64,000 bases of DNA from Octopus sinensis (lineage: Eukaryota), in contig NC_042997.1 in the NCBI RefSeq assembly GCF_006345805.1, positions 63,116,001 to 63,180,000 on the forward strand. Reading direction: 5' to 3'. Position numbers and translations under genes: made by a program. The notes below the pieces were generated by a model that did no database searches, had not been told where the DNA came from, and saw only the letters and a program-made list of their open reading frames with translations. Shown here one piece after another: positions 1 through 12,751 of the stretch (its first letter is position 1; each line of letters begins with the position of its first letter).

Positions 1-181
1 AAGGACCAGAAGTTCTATAAACGCGGAACCATGAAGTTGCCAGAAAGATGGCAAAAGGTCATTGAACAAAATGGAAAAAATATAATTGATTAAAGTTCAT
101 TTTTTGCATGAAAAAAGAATGAGTTTCATTTCACACTAAAAAAAAGAAAAAAAAAAGGATTACTTTCTTGCCAACCCAATA
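1..181 (+). mobile_element. Mariner transposon 3' end (transposase C-terminus 1-93, terminal inverted repeat ~155-179, TA target site 180-181)
   Basis: Frame 1 reads KDQKFYKRGTMKLPERWQKVIEQNGKNIID*, matching the mariner C-terminal motif (FY..GI.KLPERWQKVIE.NG.Y). It ends in AAGGATTACTTTCTTGCCAACCCAA-TA, a mariner-type TIR plus TA. Confidence 0.88.
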
Positions 182-196
182 AATGGTCCGATTTTA

Positions 197-490
197 GTGA
201 AGGCTGTAAATACTTGGTCACCATTGTTACTTAGATATTCAGCAGCTTTTAAAGATTGGGCAAAATCTGATTTAGCAAATCTAGACAGAAGAACTAGGAA
301 GAAATTCAATATGAATGGAGGACTTCATCACAGAGCAAGAGTAGGACGATTATATTTACCTAGAAAGGAAGGTGGTAGAGGCTTAATATCAGTAGAAGAC
401 CGTGTGAAGTTAGCTAGAGTAGCTATAGCCTCCACTGTAGGTAGTAGTTAACTTTATTAAGAATTGCTAATGCGACAGTAGGTGATAGAG
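197..490 (+). pseudogene. R4/Dong-like non-LTR retrotransposon fragment (post-RT region)
   Basis: LDRRTRKKFNMNGGLHHRARVGRLYLPRKEGGRGLISVED is the conserved DR.TRK....H.....RLYLPRKEGGRGL block, also seen at 28.1 and 29.5 kb. Confidence 0.8.
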
Positions 491-498
491 AAGCTGCG

Positions 499-590
499 TA
501 GCACCTTCTACTATAGCCTCGGGTCAACCAAAGCCTCGTAAATGGATCTGGCAGACGGAAACTGAAAGAAGACCGTCGTATATATATATG
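499..590 (+). mobile_element. tRNA-derived SINE family A, internal fragment
   Basis: CTTCTACTATAGCCTCGGGTCAACCAAAGCC...GACGGAAACTGAAAGAAGACCGTCGTATAT matches the full copy at 13051-13457. Confidence 0.8.
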
Positions 591-639
591 GTGGATTCTC
601 TCATCGAAGACGATAAATGAGGGTTCAGTAAATAACTTT

Positions 640-3600
640 CAACAATTCCTAAGCCTTGTGACACCGCATGTGTACCTTCAATCCAACAGATGTCTTGCAC
701 ACTTTCTCGCAAATGGTACACTTGCATGTATTCGTTGGTTCAAAATGCCTTCTCGAGTGGACAGCTAACCCAGCTTTGCTTCGTGCTTTGAATCCACAAT
801 GACACACACAGTCATTGTTTGGTGGATTTTGCTGATGCGTTGCTTTCAAATTTGACGGAGGCGATTACTTCCAAATTCTCTAGTCTTTAGAAAACACACT
901 TCCCTCCATTTGCTGCAATCCCCTTCTGCAATCTCCCAGGAGCTCAGAGCAATGTCACAACGCTTCAGATTGCCTTTTAGTTTGTTCTTGTAACGAAGAA
1001 GAGGACACCCTGTTGGACGGGAATAATTTGTCAATTGCCCATAAAAAAGCTGCTTTGGAACTCTTGAGTTATCCATTCTTACGAGATGAACAGACCACCG
1101 CATTTGTATCTTAATCAAAAATATTTCAATACCAGTGATCTCACACCTTTCCAGTAACTCACTACTATTTCGAACATGATCTTGCCATTTAACATTGCAA
1201 ATAGAACGCAGACATCTCATATGGAAGGAATCAAGATGATTGATATGCTTGCGATACAAGGTCTACGTTTCGGCACCATACGGAATAGTAGGTAGAACAA
1301 CAGATTTGTAGACTGCTACTTTTACTTTCAGAGACACATCGTGGCTGTTCCAGAGTCTGTGTCGCAACCTACCAAATGCTTCACTTGCTTTATTGTTTCT
1401 GTTTTGGATATCGTTTTCAAATTTTGCATCATCAGACACTATAGAGCCGAGGTATGTAAAAGAAGATACTGTTTGCAAAGCTTTACCATCAACATATACC
1501 ACTGGCTTTGAAGAGGGCGAAGAGTTTGGTTTCGGCTGGTGAATAAGTTCAGTTTTCGTTATGCTAATTGTAAGACCAAAAGCCTTACATACATCAGAGA
1601 AGCTATTGAGGATGTTCTGCATGTCCTCAAGACTATGGGTGACAAGAGCACAGTCATCAGCAAAAAGGAGATCAAGAACAGTCTGCACAAAAGTTCGGGT
1701 TTTGGCTTTGAACCGTTGCTGGTTAAATAACCCTCCGCTTGATCGATACTCAACAGCTACACCTTCCGAGGTGTCTTTGAAGGATGTTTCAAGCATCACT
1801 GAAAAGAAAAGAGCAAATAGAATCGGAGCAAGGACACATCCTTGCTTGGTTCCATTTGACACTTCGAATGGTTCATTTGTTCGCAGTCAGACCGTACTGA
1901 CGCCATCATTCCATGATGAAAGGAGACAATCACATTCAACATCTTGTCTGGAACACCAAGCTTCCTCAAGACAGTCCACAAGGCATCCCTGGAGACGGTA
2001 TCAAATGCCTTAGTGAGATAAACAAAAGTAACAAACAAGTCCTTATTCTGTTCCCTTGCTTTCTCTTGTAGTTGGCGTAAGCTGAAGATCATATCCACAG
2101 TCCCTCTTCCAGACCGGAAACCACATTGGGTTTCTGGGAGCACAGTTTTACAAATTGAATCATTGAGTCTGTTTAAGATTACACGCGCTAAAATCTTACC
2201 AGCAACAGATAAGAGAGAAATCCCTCTATGGTTATCACACACACATTTATTTCCTTTGTGCTTAAATAGGTGAATAATTGAAGCATCTTTGAACTGTTGT
2301 GACACGGTACCAAGTTCCCATATTGATGAAAACAGAGCACTTAGTTTCCTGATTAGCAGTTGGCTTCCACATTTGTATATTTCTGCAGGTATCCCATCGT
2401 CACCTGGAGCCTTACCATTTGACAATTACTTTATAGCCTTTTCGACCTCCGACATGGATGGATTGTCAGCAAGATTCTCGATGGTTGGCTTCTGAGGAAG
2501 ATTATCAATCACTTCCTGATCCACTGTCGATTCTCTGTTTAAACCATTTTAAAAATGTTCAGCCCACCGCTTAGTAATCTCTTTCTTATCGTTTAGGAGA
2601 GATGCCCCCTTTGAGATGGGACCAAACACACCTTGGAGATTTTGGTAGAAAGATTTAAAATCGCACTTATACGCTGCATCTTGTAAGGCCTGGGATTTCA
2701 ATTTCCACCAGTTTTGTTTCATTTCCCGGAGCCGAGATTGTACCGACGTTTTGACCAGTCGAAAAGCCTTGTGTTTCACTGAAGAATTTTTGTCAGTAAT
2801 CCACACTTGATGGGTTTGATGCATGTTTCTGAGCAAAGGGAGGATGGTTGGATCATTTTCATCAAACCAATATTGGTTCTTCCTTCGAAGATATCCTAAT
2901 GACTCTTTGGCAGAGTCATACACTGCAGTTTTAAACTCTGACCATGATGCCTCAATGTCACCTCCACATATAATGGAGGACAGCTTATAGTCAGTAACCG
3001 TTTGAAACGACTGCATGGTCTCCTTAACCTTCAACTTGTCCACATCAATTCTCTTGATGGGAGAACCACGTTGATTTCGAACAGGGCGTTTGATTTTCAT
3101 CTTGATTGTGGATCAGATCAATTTGTGATCTGACCAGCATTTCCCTATACTGTAAGAGCGTGTAAGACTTGTCTATCAGAACGAAGTACAATGACATAGT
3201 CAATGAGATGATAATGATTAGACCGGAGATGCTTTCAACTGGCTTTCTTGCAATTAGGTAGCTGAAACACGGTATTAGTGAGCAAAAGATCAAACTCACT
3301 GCAAAGAGACAATAAGAGAACACCGTTTGAGTTGACTTTACCAATTCCGTGTGAACCAATGACGTTGCTCCAAGATTGTGTATCACTACCTACACGAGCA
3401 TTGAAGTCACCTAAGATAAACAGCTTATCTTGAATCGACACCCTGTTTATCTGTTCACGTAAAGGGGAGTAAAAACTTTCTTTTAGCTCATCAGATGCAT
3501 TAAGTGTAGGTGCATAGTAACTCAAAAGTGGCATATTTGTCTTTTCCTACCGCAACACGCAAGGACATAAGTCTGTCATTTATACCAACAGGCAGGGAGT

Positions 3601-4110
3601 CAAGATTTTTGGCAATACCATTCCTGATGGCAAAACCAACGCCAGATTCACGTTTTTCAGAACTTGCTTTTCCTATCTAATAGAAAGTGTACCCATCTCC
3701 AACTTCCTCTAACTGTCCCGTATCAGCAAATCTTGTTTCGGAAAGAGCTGCAATACCAATTTTATGATGCTTCAATACACGTGCTATGATAGCGGTTCTT
3801 CGTTCAGGATACTTTTTTTTATCTTGGAGTGTTCTCACATCCAAGACGCAATGAACATATTTGTTCCATGTATTTTCTTTCTACTTTTGATTTGAGTGCA
3901 ATATTGGATGCCCAGACATCTGCACCCGATGACAGTGACAAGAGCAAGTAAGCAATGTTTAGGTAATTTTTTAAAGACCCGTTCCCATGAAGAGGAAATC
4001 AGTGCCATCCTAAACAGGGCTGCTTTGTTATGAAAGGAGGACACGAGTCACACAATTACTTGCGGGTGTTGTGCAAAACGGCCATCTACCTTCCACCACC
4101 TATGTGCAAT
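640..4110 (-). mobile_element. Near-full-length decayed RTE-clade LINE (APE endonuclease ~3860-3235, RT ~2425-1263, C-terminal region, terminal C2H2 fingers 849-649)
   Basis: Frameshifted pieces: GIAALSETRF and YAPTL...ILGDFNARVG (APE); KAPGDDGIPAEIYK, LPETQCGFRSGRGTVDMIF, GTKQGCVLAPILF, LLFADDCAL, FTYLGS (RT); QMRWSVHLVRMDNSRVPKQLFYG (RTE C-terminus); CHCGFKARSKAGLAVHSRRH and CTICEKVCKTSVGLKVHMRCH. Confidence 0.95.
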
Positions 4111-4484
4111 GTACATGTTAGGAACTACCAGTGACATCCTTCACCTGTTCCCGTCACAATCCCATCATCGCCATAGGATTCAATAATAAAAAAAGCACAC
4201 ATCGAAGCGCCAGACCTCAGGTGTTATTGAGTGAAAATGGTTTACTGAACAACCGGCACTTTGACTTGATTAAAGTGGTCATTGCTTGTGTTGCACAAAG
4301 CACACTCTCTCCATCGAATTAACATGGTCTGTACAGGTGCACGGTGTGCCACAGGTCAGATGATAAAACGATCGCAGGATTTCCTTGATCAGTTGTGAGA
4401 GTCAACACTAAAGGGTGTGATCCATCCTGGTAGGCTTTCTGCGCGCCTGGGCACTATACCATGTATTTCTAGGTCCTCGCGCAT

Positions 4485-4583
<99 letters not shown>

Positions 4584-4622
4584 GTGTGTGTGTGTGTGTT
4601 GTGTGTGTGTGTGTGTGTGTAT
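4485..4622. repeat. (TA)n/(TG)n compound microsatellite
   Basis: Direct reading. Confidence 0.95.
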
Positions 4623-4855
4623 GTGTGTTTTCCTGTCTGCATTTGTCCTCCCCACACCACTAGACAACCTGTGTTGGTGTGTTTACGTCCCCGTAAATTA
4701 GTGGTTCAGCAAAAGAGACTGATAAAATAAATACTAGGCTTGGAAAATAAGTTCTGCGGTCAATTTGTTCGATTAACACTATTTATGGCGGTACTCCAGC
4801 ATGGCCTTAGTCAAATGTCTGAAACAAGAAAAAGAATAAAAGAACACATACAAGC
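4623..4855 (+). mobile_element. SINE family A, 3' half
   Basis: TTTGTCCTCCCACACCACTAGACAACC...GTGTTTACGTCCCCGTAA...GGTACTCCAGCATGGCC matches the 3' half of 13051-13457. Confidence 0.8.
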
Positions 4856-5789
4856 AGACTCAAACACACACAAGCAAAATGGTATACATGATACCAATTG
4901 CGTATATCTTAATTCATGCCAATTTTTGTATATCTTAATTCATCCCAACTTTTGCATAACTCACATACTAACAAGCACAAGGAAAATAAAACGATTAGTA
5001 ATAAATATTTCAGAGCTGCGACAAAGATGTAAACTATCGTAGGAAATCTATAAAAAAATTCATATTTTGTATTAAAGATATAAAATATGTTTGGAGTAAT
5101 TGCTAATGTCATGAACTCGTTTCACTTCTGAAACGAAATGGAATCGTCCACTCTAAAGTATACAGAGATAGTTTATAAACTTTACACTGGTCTGAAATGG
5201 GCCGCATAAGCAGAATGATATTCGAATTATACAACAGAAGCAGCTCTAAACTAAACTGTTTTTCTGTGTTACACACTCCATGTATGTGTCTCGTTGAAAA
5301 CCCGGAAGCTCCGTCAGAGAAAAATGCATATTGTATATTTTATAACGTAGTGCATGTATAAGGATTGTTCTCGGGTGAAAATCCTGCTGCCTCAGGTTTT
5401 TCTACAACACGCGTACGTTATGTATATTATATTAATACATATTTTATTCTAGAGCTGCTTGTAACTGCATAATTCGAACTTTATTCTGCTCATGCTCGGC
5501 TATTGCAAGCCAGTCTATATTCTATACGCTATTTGTGTACTCATCAAACTGGATGATACGACCTCATTTTAGAATGATACGAGTACGTGGCATTGACAAG
5601 CCGCAAAATTAGCGAAATATGTATCAGTCACTCACGTGGTCTCTTTCGGTGAGATTTCATTTCGCCTAGCTTTTGAATCATATCGTGATTTTTAACACGT
5701 TTCGCCTAAAACGGAATTATTCCGTTGGAAAATTGCCTGTCACTGGGAAATTTGTCTGTCATTCGAAAATTTGTCTGTCGTCTTGTTTT

Positions 5790-5809
5790 TCATTCATTCA
5801 TTCTTTCTT

Positions 5810-5885
<76 letters not shown>

Positions 5886-5945
5886 TATGTATGTATGTAT
5901 GTATGTATGTATGTATGTATGTATGTATGTATGTGTGTGTGTATG
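5790..5945. repeat. (TTTC)n(TATG)n compound microsatellite
   Basis: Direct reading. Confidence 0.95.
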
Positions 5946-6059
5946 TATTTCAGCTAATGAAGCGCTCGTTCATGTGTCTAGATCTTGCCAAGATTATTTA
6001 GATCTCTTTGTGCTGTTTTGCATATATATACAGTCAGCTATACCCTTGTTTCCAGTCTA

Positions 6060-6520
6060 TCTTATCATGATGTCAGTTCACAAGCATATTCGATGACTTC
6101 TTGTTGTGTCAGTATGGTCTTGTATAGTGACCCGTACAGCATTTTATGGCCAACATACAATAACTCAGTAGATTTGATTCTCGACAGCGGTCTTTGAACT
6201 TTCAGCTTTTCTAGTATAGCAGTATTTGTTAACACGTCTTTCCAGCTTATACTGCCCAATCTCCGAAAGATCTATATCTCAAAGGTTTCTGTCTTTATCA
6301 CCGTAGCTGTGTACATCGTCCAAGTTCCTGCTCTGTAGAGGACAATTGTCATAATATAACAGTTTTCTAGCCTCAGTTTTGGGTGCAGTACTATGTCTTT
6401 TGAATTCAAAATATTTTACATTCCCGTTGTTTTAGCTTTATTTATTCTTTGAATAACTTCTGAATGAACTTATTGATTTATTAATTGTCCAAAATACTTG
6501 AACTTTTCACTTGTTTCGGC
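6060..6520 (-). pseudogene. Decayed RTE LINE fragment (post-RT region)
   Basis: Minus strand reads EKFKYFGQLI...RINKAK...KLRLENCYIMTIVLYRAGTWT...ISWKDVLTNTAILEKL, the RTE thumb-region pattern with stops. Confidence 0.7.
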
Positions 6521-7035
6521 TCATGTCTATCTAGATTGTATATATAAATTGCGCGCGCGCTTGTGTGTGTGTGTGTGTGTGTATTAATGTTTATTTTCTT
6601 CTTACTTATAAACACGCTGTCAAACATTAATTGACGAATCACTCAATATATGTTATCAGAGTTACATATTTGATTTTACAAGGAAAACTTTGGTAATGAC
6701 TTCACACGCATACTTACAGATACAAACACACACACTCACACACGGACAGGGCTATGGAGATTACAATAGTAGCTTATCTAGCTAAGATACTGAATGTCTG
6801 ATAATAGAAGAGTTGGTATCATGTTTTTTATATCTCTGCGTTAAACAAATGGGATGAATTGATCACATATACACTCACGAAGAAAAATATAGTGCATTTA
6901 GCACAAATTATTTCGCGGCAGATGTAGAAGTTCCTGTGACCATTTGAATAAGAAGCCGCCATTGAACTAAATAAAGTGAAATATTTAGGCACGCGTATAT
7001 CGCAGTTGAGATCATGAATGGCTATTGTATAAGGC

Positions 7036-7670
7036 ATGACTGTGTGGTAAGAATCTTGCTTCTCAGCCACATGGTTCCAGGTTTACTTCCACTGCATGGC
7101 ACCTTGGGGACGCGTCTTCTACTATAGCTACGTTCGACCAAAGCTTTGTGGGTGGATTTGGTAGACAGAAACTGAAGGGAGTCAGAAACTGAAAGGAGAC
7201 AGAAACTGAAAGGAAGGCAGCGAGCTGGCAGAAACGTTAGCACGCCGGGCGAAATGCTTAGCAGTATTTCGTCTGTCTTCAGTTCTGAGTTCAAATTCCG
7301 CCGAGGTCGACTTTGCCTTTCATCCTTTCGGGGTCGATTATTAAATAAGTACCAGTTACACACTGGGGTCGATATAATCGACTTAATCCGTTTGTCTGTC
7401 CTTGGTTGTCCCCTCTGTGTGTAGCCCCTTGTGGGCAGTAAAGAAATAAGAAACTGAAAGGAGTCCATCGTATATACATATGTGTGTGTGTGTGTGTTCG
7501 TGTCTGTGGTTGTATCCAACCACCGATTGACAACCGGTGTCGGTGTGTTTGCGTCCTCAAGCACCAAGCTTTAGAAATACGTACTGGTATCGACTCCACT
7601 AAAGTTTTTAAAGGCTGTACCCCAGCATGGTCTCAGTCTAATGACTAAAATAGGTAAAAAAGAAAAAGAA
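7036..7670 (+). mobile_element. SINE family A interrupted by a SINE family B insertion
   Basis: Family A head and body at 7036-7214 resume at 7449. A 14-bp duplication AGAAACTGAAAGGA lies at 7201-7214 and 7449-7462. Confidence 0.85.
7215..7448 (+). mobile_element. tRNA-derived SINE family B, full length
   Basis: GGCAGCGAGCTGGCAGAAACGTTAG head, B-box GAGTTCAAATTCC, central GACTTTGCCTTTCATCCTTTCGGGGTCGAT..AAGTACCAG domain, tail AGCCCCTTGTGGGCAGTAAAGAAAT. Confidence 0.9.
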
Positions 7671-8057
7671 CGATGAAAGTATCACCGGAGTGGATGAGTT
7701 GTTTAGTGGTTCACTTTGCATTTGTATGCAGACAAATACGATCAGAATCTATACCATTTAAAAGGGAGTTCTCTTAATATAGACTTTAGGTCTCACGAAA
7801 TCTGTGAGGGAAATTTGGAATATAAAAACATTTCATGAAAGACCCTAAGACGAATTTCTGCCATATTTACTTGGTGAATTTATTCATGTAAAGTTTCATC
7901 GTTTTTCTACACTATCGATAAACCTGTCTGTTGCATGGTCACCCACATAACGGTTAATACAAGATGTTTATCAGTTGATTATAAAACTGCTGTATTTATC
8001 GTCAAAACCGACGGAGGATGCATTTATTCTTTCCTTTCTGTCTTTATCTTGTTGTTT

Positions 8058-8152
<95 letters not shown>
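8058..8152. repeat. (ATCT)n microsatellite
   Basis: Direct reading. Further copies at ~25958-26037 and ~40788-40882. Confidence 0.95.
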
Positions 8153-8153
<1 letters not shown>

Positions 8154-8794
8154 AGGAAAGTGAGAGTAGAGAGGCAAGTTTTGTCTAGCGAATGTTTAAA
8201 AAAAATATGGGTGAATGTAGCAAGGATGGCACGTATGAATGACGAAGCCACCTTGAGCATAATCCTATGAACCCGGAACAATTTAAAACAGAGAGTTACT
8301 TACTTGCAAATAAATGTGTTAACATGTGACATTAATGACCGACGTTACCGTGGTCTTTTCCGTAGGCTTTTCGTTCCATGGATAAACCTTATCTGCTTCC
8401 CCCTTTACACTTTACATCATGACATTTCTGTGATACACGATCCCTATTGATGGTTTTTTATTTTTCTTTTCTTTTTTTTCTTTAATATTATCCCTTTTGA
8501 TCGAAAGCCTACCCCCACTTTTTTTCTCTCCCCCAAAAGAAAAGCTCTACTTTGTAATTTGTCCCCTCTGTGCCCAGCCCTGTGTGGCTAATAAACAAAC
8601 ATATCTATCTGTTTACATACTTATGTATAAACGAAGAGTGTACAATCCTAAATAGTTGTTTTGTCTTCCTTACTGTATGCATGTGAGATCTGGGCTACTT
8701 ATTGTAAACATAAGGAAAGGCTACTGTGATTTCACGAAATGTCACAGGCCATATACTGGGTATCTCATCGCAAGTTATGTAAGCGACCTCGAAG

Positions 8795-9640
8795 CTCTTG
8801 TACACAGTCAATCTACCAGTATAGAGATCCTAGTATTTCAGCTCCGATTATGAAAGAGTTTAGTGAGGATGGAAGATGATCGTTTCTCCAAGTAACTTCT
8901 GTGTAGCAAGTTAACCCAAGGTACAAAAAAAAGCAAAACAAAAACTGCAACAAAAAAAAAAAAACTCGAAGAAACCTCACAAAAACAAAAAAAAAGATCA
9001 GCAGTAGACTAAAGGAAATTTAGTTACAAGGTCTGTATTAGTAATACAGAGAAAAGAATGAAAATCTTGGAAAATTGCTGGAAAGAATCTCTTTCTCAGT
9101 CATGAGCAAACTGCGGCCTACTGACATGCCATTCAATAATTATTTGAAAAATTTTGGCATTGTGGCCTACAAGATAATGGGTTATGTATCATATGATTCG
9201 CTTTCCGAAAATGGATGTACGTTCTTGCTCCAGATCGCTCATTGTTGAGGGAAGCAGTGCACCATAGAAAGCTGGAATTTTATGAAAATCGTATCAAGCA
9301 TGAACAACACAAGAGACATGTTCCGTAAGGTCTTGATATGGAATTACCTAATATGTTGGAGCACTGCTCACTTTAACATGTACCGAGAGTGTCTGTCCAA
9401 GTAAGGCAAGTATTAATACTCATCAGAGATGTCACACACACACACAATCTAGTTGTTAATTATGCATTATACAGCATTTTTACTTGCAGGGAGTGTGCAT
9501 AAGAATGTGCGTAAGGAGCCGGAGTGAAACGTCATAATTCTAACACTGCAAGAGGTGCCCATCATTGCTAGATCTGTACAAGAGAGTGCAAGTCCGTTGT
9601 AGGTCTGAAAAGCCACATACGTGCTCATGTTTTAAAGAAC
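8795..9640 (+). pseudogene. Decayed RTE LINE 3' fragment with C2H2 finger remnants
   Basis: STSIEILVFQLRL*KSLVRMEDDRFSK*LLCSKLTQG resembles the QLRW.GHLVRM.D.R.PK.LLYGEL motif. 9480-9635 reads CREC...GAGVKRH and C*ICTRECKSVVGLKSHIRAH. Confidence 0.7.
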
Positions 9641-9679
9641 AATCAAGTAATGGCATCCCTTGAAGTCATATTGCGGCTC

Positions 9680-10075
9680 GGTGTGGCTCTTCGATGAGAA
9701 GCTTGCTTTTCGACCATGTGGTCTAGCGTTCAGTAGCACTGCGCAGTAAATTAGGCAAGTGTATTATAACCCTGGTCCGACCAAATCCTTGCAGGTGAAT
9801 TTGAGGTAGAATGAAACTGAAAGAAAACTGTCGTATATATATATATTTGTATTTGTGTGTGCGTGTGTGTGTGTGTTTGTGCGTCCCCCACCATCGCTTG
9901 ACAACCAATACTGGTGTGTTTGCGTCCCTGTAACTTAGCGGTTCGACAAAGAAGATAGAATAAGTACTAGGCTTACAAAGAATAAGTCCTGGGGTCGATT
10001 TGTTCGACTAAAGGCGGTGCTCCAGCATGGTCGCAGTCAAATGACTGAAACAAATAAAAGAAGAAAAAAAGAATA
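9680..10075 (+). mobile_element. SINE family A, diverged near-full copy
   Basis: Colinear with 13051-13457, including AAAGGCGGTGCTCCAGCATGGTCGCAGTCAAATGACTGAAAC. Confidence 0.85.
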
Positions 10076-10100
10076 TATAAATTATATAAATGTGATGAAC

Positions 10101-10445
10101 ACGCATTACTCAGTGGTTAGAACGTTGGGTTACCAGTCATGAGGTAGTGAGTTCAATTCCCGGACTGGGGCGTGTGTTGTGTTATTGAGCAATACACCTT
10201 ATTTCACGTTGTTCCAGTTCACTCAGCTGTATAAATGATTGCGACGTCACTAGTGCCATGGTATATTAGCCTTTCCCTTGGATAACATCGGTAGCGTTTA
10301 GAGGGGAGGCTGGTATGCATGGGCAACTGCTGGTCTTCCGTAAACAACCATCCCCGAACGTGTGCCTTGGAGGGAAACGTTCTATGTGCAATCCTACGGT
10401 CATGAATGACCGTAGGATTGCACCTAGAACGTTTCCCTCCAAGGC
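10101..10445 (+). mobile_element. tRNA-derived SINE family D
   Basis: A-box-like CTCAGTGGTTAG and B-box GAGTTCAATTCC. The body matches the minus-strand copy at 23215-23531. Confidence 0.8.
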
Positions 10446-10781
10446 GCAAGTTCGGGGATGGTTGTTTGTATGTGGGAGTGTGTATGTGTGAATGTGTGTA
10501 CACGTGCTGTCGTATACACATACACACCAACAAACACACACAGACATATACATAACTAGCTTCGTTTAGGAGACTTAGAGCCAAAAGCAAGACGTGACTA
10601 TATTTCTCATGTCACATTGCTGTATATCAGACTGGTGTCTGTCAGTACTTCTGAAACAGAAATAAATTGAGAAATTTGAAGTTTGGCTCATACTGCGTAT
10701 CCCGCGTCTAATTGTGTTGCACTGACTTTTATTTTTTAACCTTCTAAATTCACATACATACATTCCTAAACAATAAATAGC

Positions 10782-11846
10782 ATACATACATACATAAATA
10801 CATACATTCATACGTACGTACATAGATACATACGTACATACATACACGTATAGTGGCTGCTTTGTCGTATACAATCAAAGCCATTGGAAGAATCATTAAA
10901 ATGAGTCATTGATCATGAAATGTGAGGCCTTCATTTTCTTGCATAATGCAGAAGGAACCGGTGCCAGAGTACGAAGTCTTTCGGCATATCTTTTTAATCC
11001 TCCAACTGAACGACACATCTTTCCATAGCTTGTATTGTTCTGCAGTGAACACTAGCTGCAACATAATTTACAAGGGACCGATTCCCGTGCATTCTTTGAT
11101 GGGTGACCAGGCCTGCATAATTTAAGCGTTTCCCCCGTCATATCACACACAGAAGAAAAAAAATCAATACCCCTTCATTTCCTACTGGTTCATTCTGTCT
11201 AAGCCTTCTCCCGATATCGTGCTTCGTACATATATATGAGCATATCTAGATATGCAATTATATGCATGAGAATATATACATAAATCAAAATATACAAATC
11301 TGCACGCATACATACATACATAAATACATACATTCATACGTACGTACATAGATACATACGTACATACATACACGTATAGTGGCTGCTTTGTCGTATACAA
11401 TCAAAGCCATTGGAAGAATCATTAAAATGAGTCATTGATCATGAAATGTGAGGCCTTCATTTTCTTGCATAATGCAGAAGGAACCGGTGCCAGAGTACGA
11501 AGTCTTTCGGCATATCTTTTTAATCCTCCAACTGAACGACACATCTTTCCATAGCTTGTATTGTTCTGCAGTGAACACTAGCTGCAACATAATTTACAAG
11601 GGACCGATTCCCGTGCATTCTTTGATGGGTGACCAGGCCTGCATAATTTAAGCGTTTCCCCCGTCATATCACACACAGAAGAAAAAAAATCAATACCCCT
11701 TCATTTCCTACTGGTTCATTCTGTCTAAGCCTTCTCCCGATATCGTGCTTCGTACATATATATGAGCATATCTAGATATGCAATTATATGCATGAGAATA
11801 TATACATAAATCAAAATATACAAATCTGCACGCATACATACATACA
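10782..11846. repeat. Tandem duplication with a 526-bp period
   Basis: Identical 67-aa ORFs at 10922 and 11448 (offset 526). Junctions fall in (CATA)n tracts. Confidence 0.92.
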
Positions 11847-11968
11847 TACACAAACACCCTGTTGTTAGTATTGAAATTCCAATGAAAAAGCCTTGGATAC
11901 CCATTGGCAAGAGATTTTGAAATAAAACTGAACAATGACATGCTGACATACATACATAGAAGTATATG

Positions 11969-11999
<31 letters not shown>

Positions 12000-12174
12000 T
12001 ATATATATTATATATATATATATACAAAGAGCAATAAAGATTCAAGTTAATTTAAAAAAATTTACTTGAATATGGTACCTAACTTAGATGCACCAAAAAA
12101 AAACTATACTGATTTAACAATACAGTAATGTGGGGTGATTATAAGCGAGAAAGAAGCAACAAGAATGGATAGGT

Positions 12175-12265
12175 TTTTAGTACGATCGTTTCATACAAGG
12201 ACAGGTTTTATTAAAAGTTGCAAAGATTACAGCATATAAACGAGTCCCGTACTCATCAGCTAAAA
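12175..12265 (-). ncRNA. Type I hammerhead ribozyme (left arm of the palindrome)
   Basis: Exact reverse complement of the ribozyme at 12661-12751. Confidence 0.85.
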
Positions 12266-12660
12266 TACATGTAAGTTCTCTAGACATCCTAGTGTTTGAG
12301 GCTATACTCATGAAGTAATGTAGATAATTAAACAGATTTCTAAAGTTCATTAAAGTTCTTTAAAGATGATGTACAGTCTTATCACAGAATTTTAAAAAAG
12401 TTTTGATAGCATCACAGAGAAGGTGACCTAATCCATATGAATTTCCATAGATATCTATGAATTTCCATATCATATCTATGGAAATTCATATGGATTAGGT
12501 CACCTTCTCTGTGATGCTATCAAAACTTTTTTAAAATTCTGTGATAAGACTGTACATCATCTTTAAAGAACTTTAATGAACTTTAGAAATCTGTTTAATT
12601 ATCTACATTACTTCATGAGTATAGCCTCAAACACTAGGATGTCTAGAGAACTTACATGTA

Positions 12661-12751
12661 TTTTAGCTGATGAGTACGGGACTCGTTTATATGCTGTAAT
12701 CTTTGCAACTTTTAATAAAACCTGTCCTTGTATGAAACGATCGTACTAAAA
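12661..12751 (+). ncRNA. Type I hammerhead ribozyme (right arm of the palindrome)
   Basis: Helix I UUUUAG/CUAAAA; core CUGAUGA (12667-12673); helix II GUAC-G-GGAC/GUCC-UU-GUAU; GAAA (12734-12737); helix III AC-GAUC-GU; GUA triplet, predicted cut after 12745. Confidence 0.87.
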
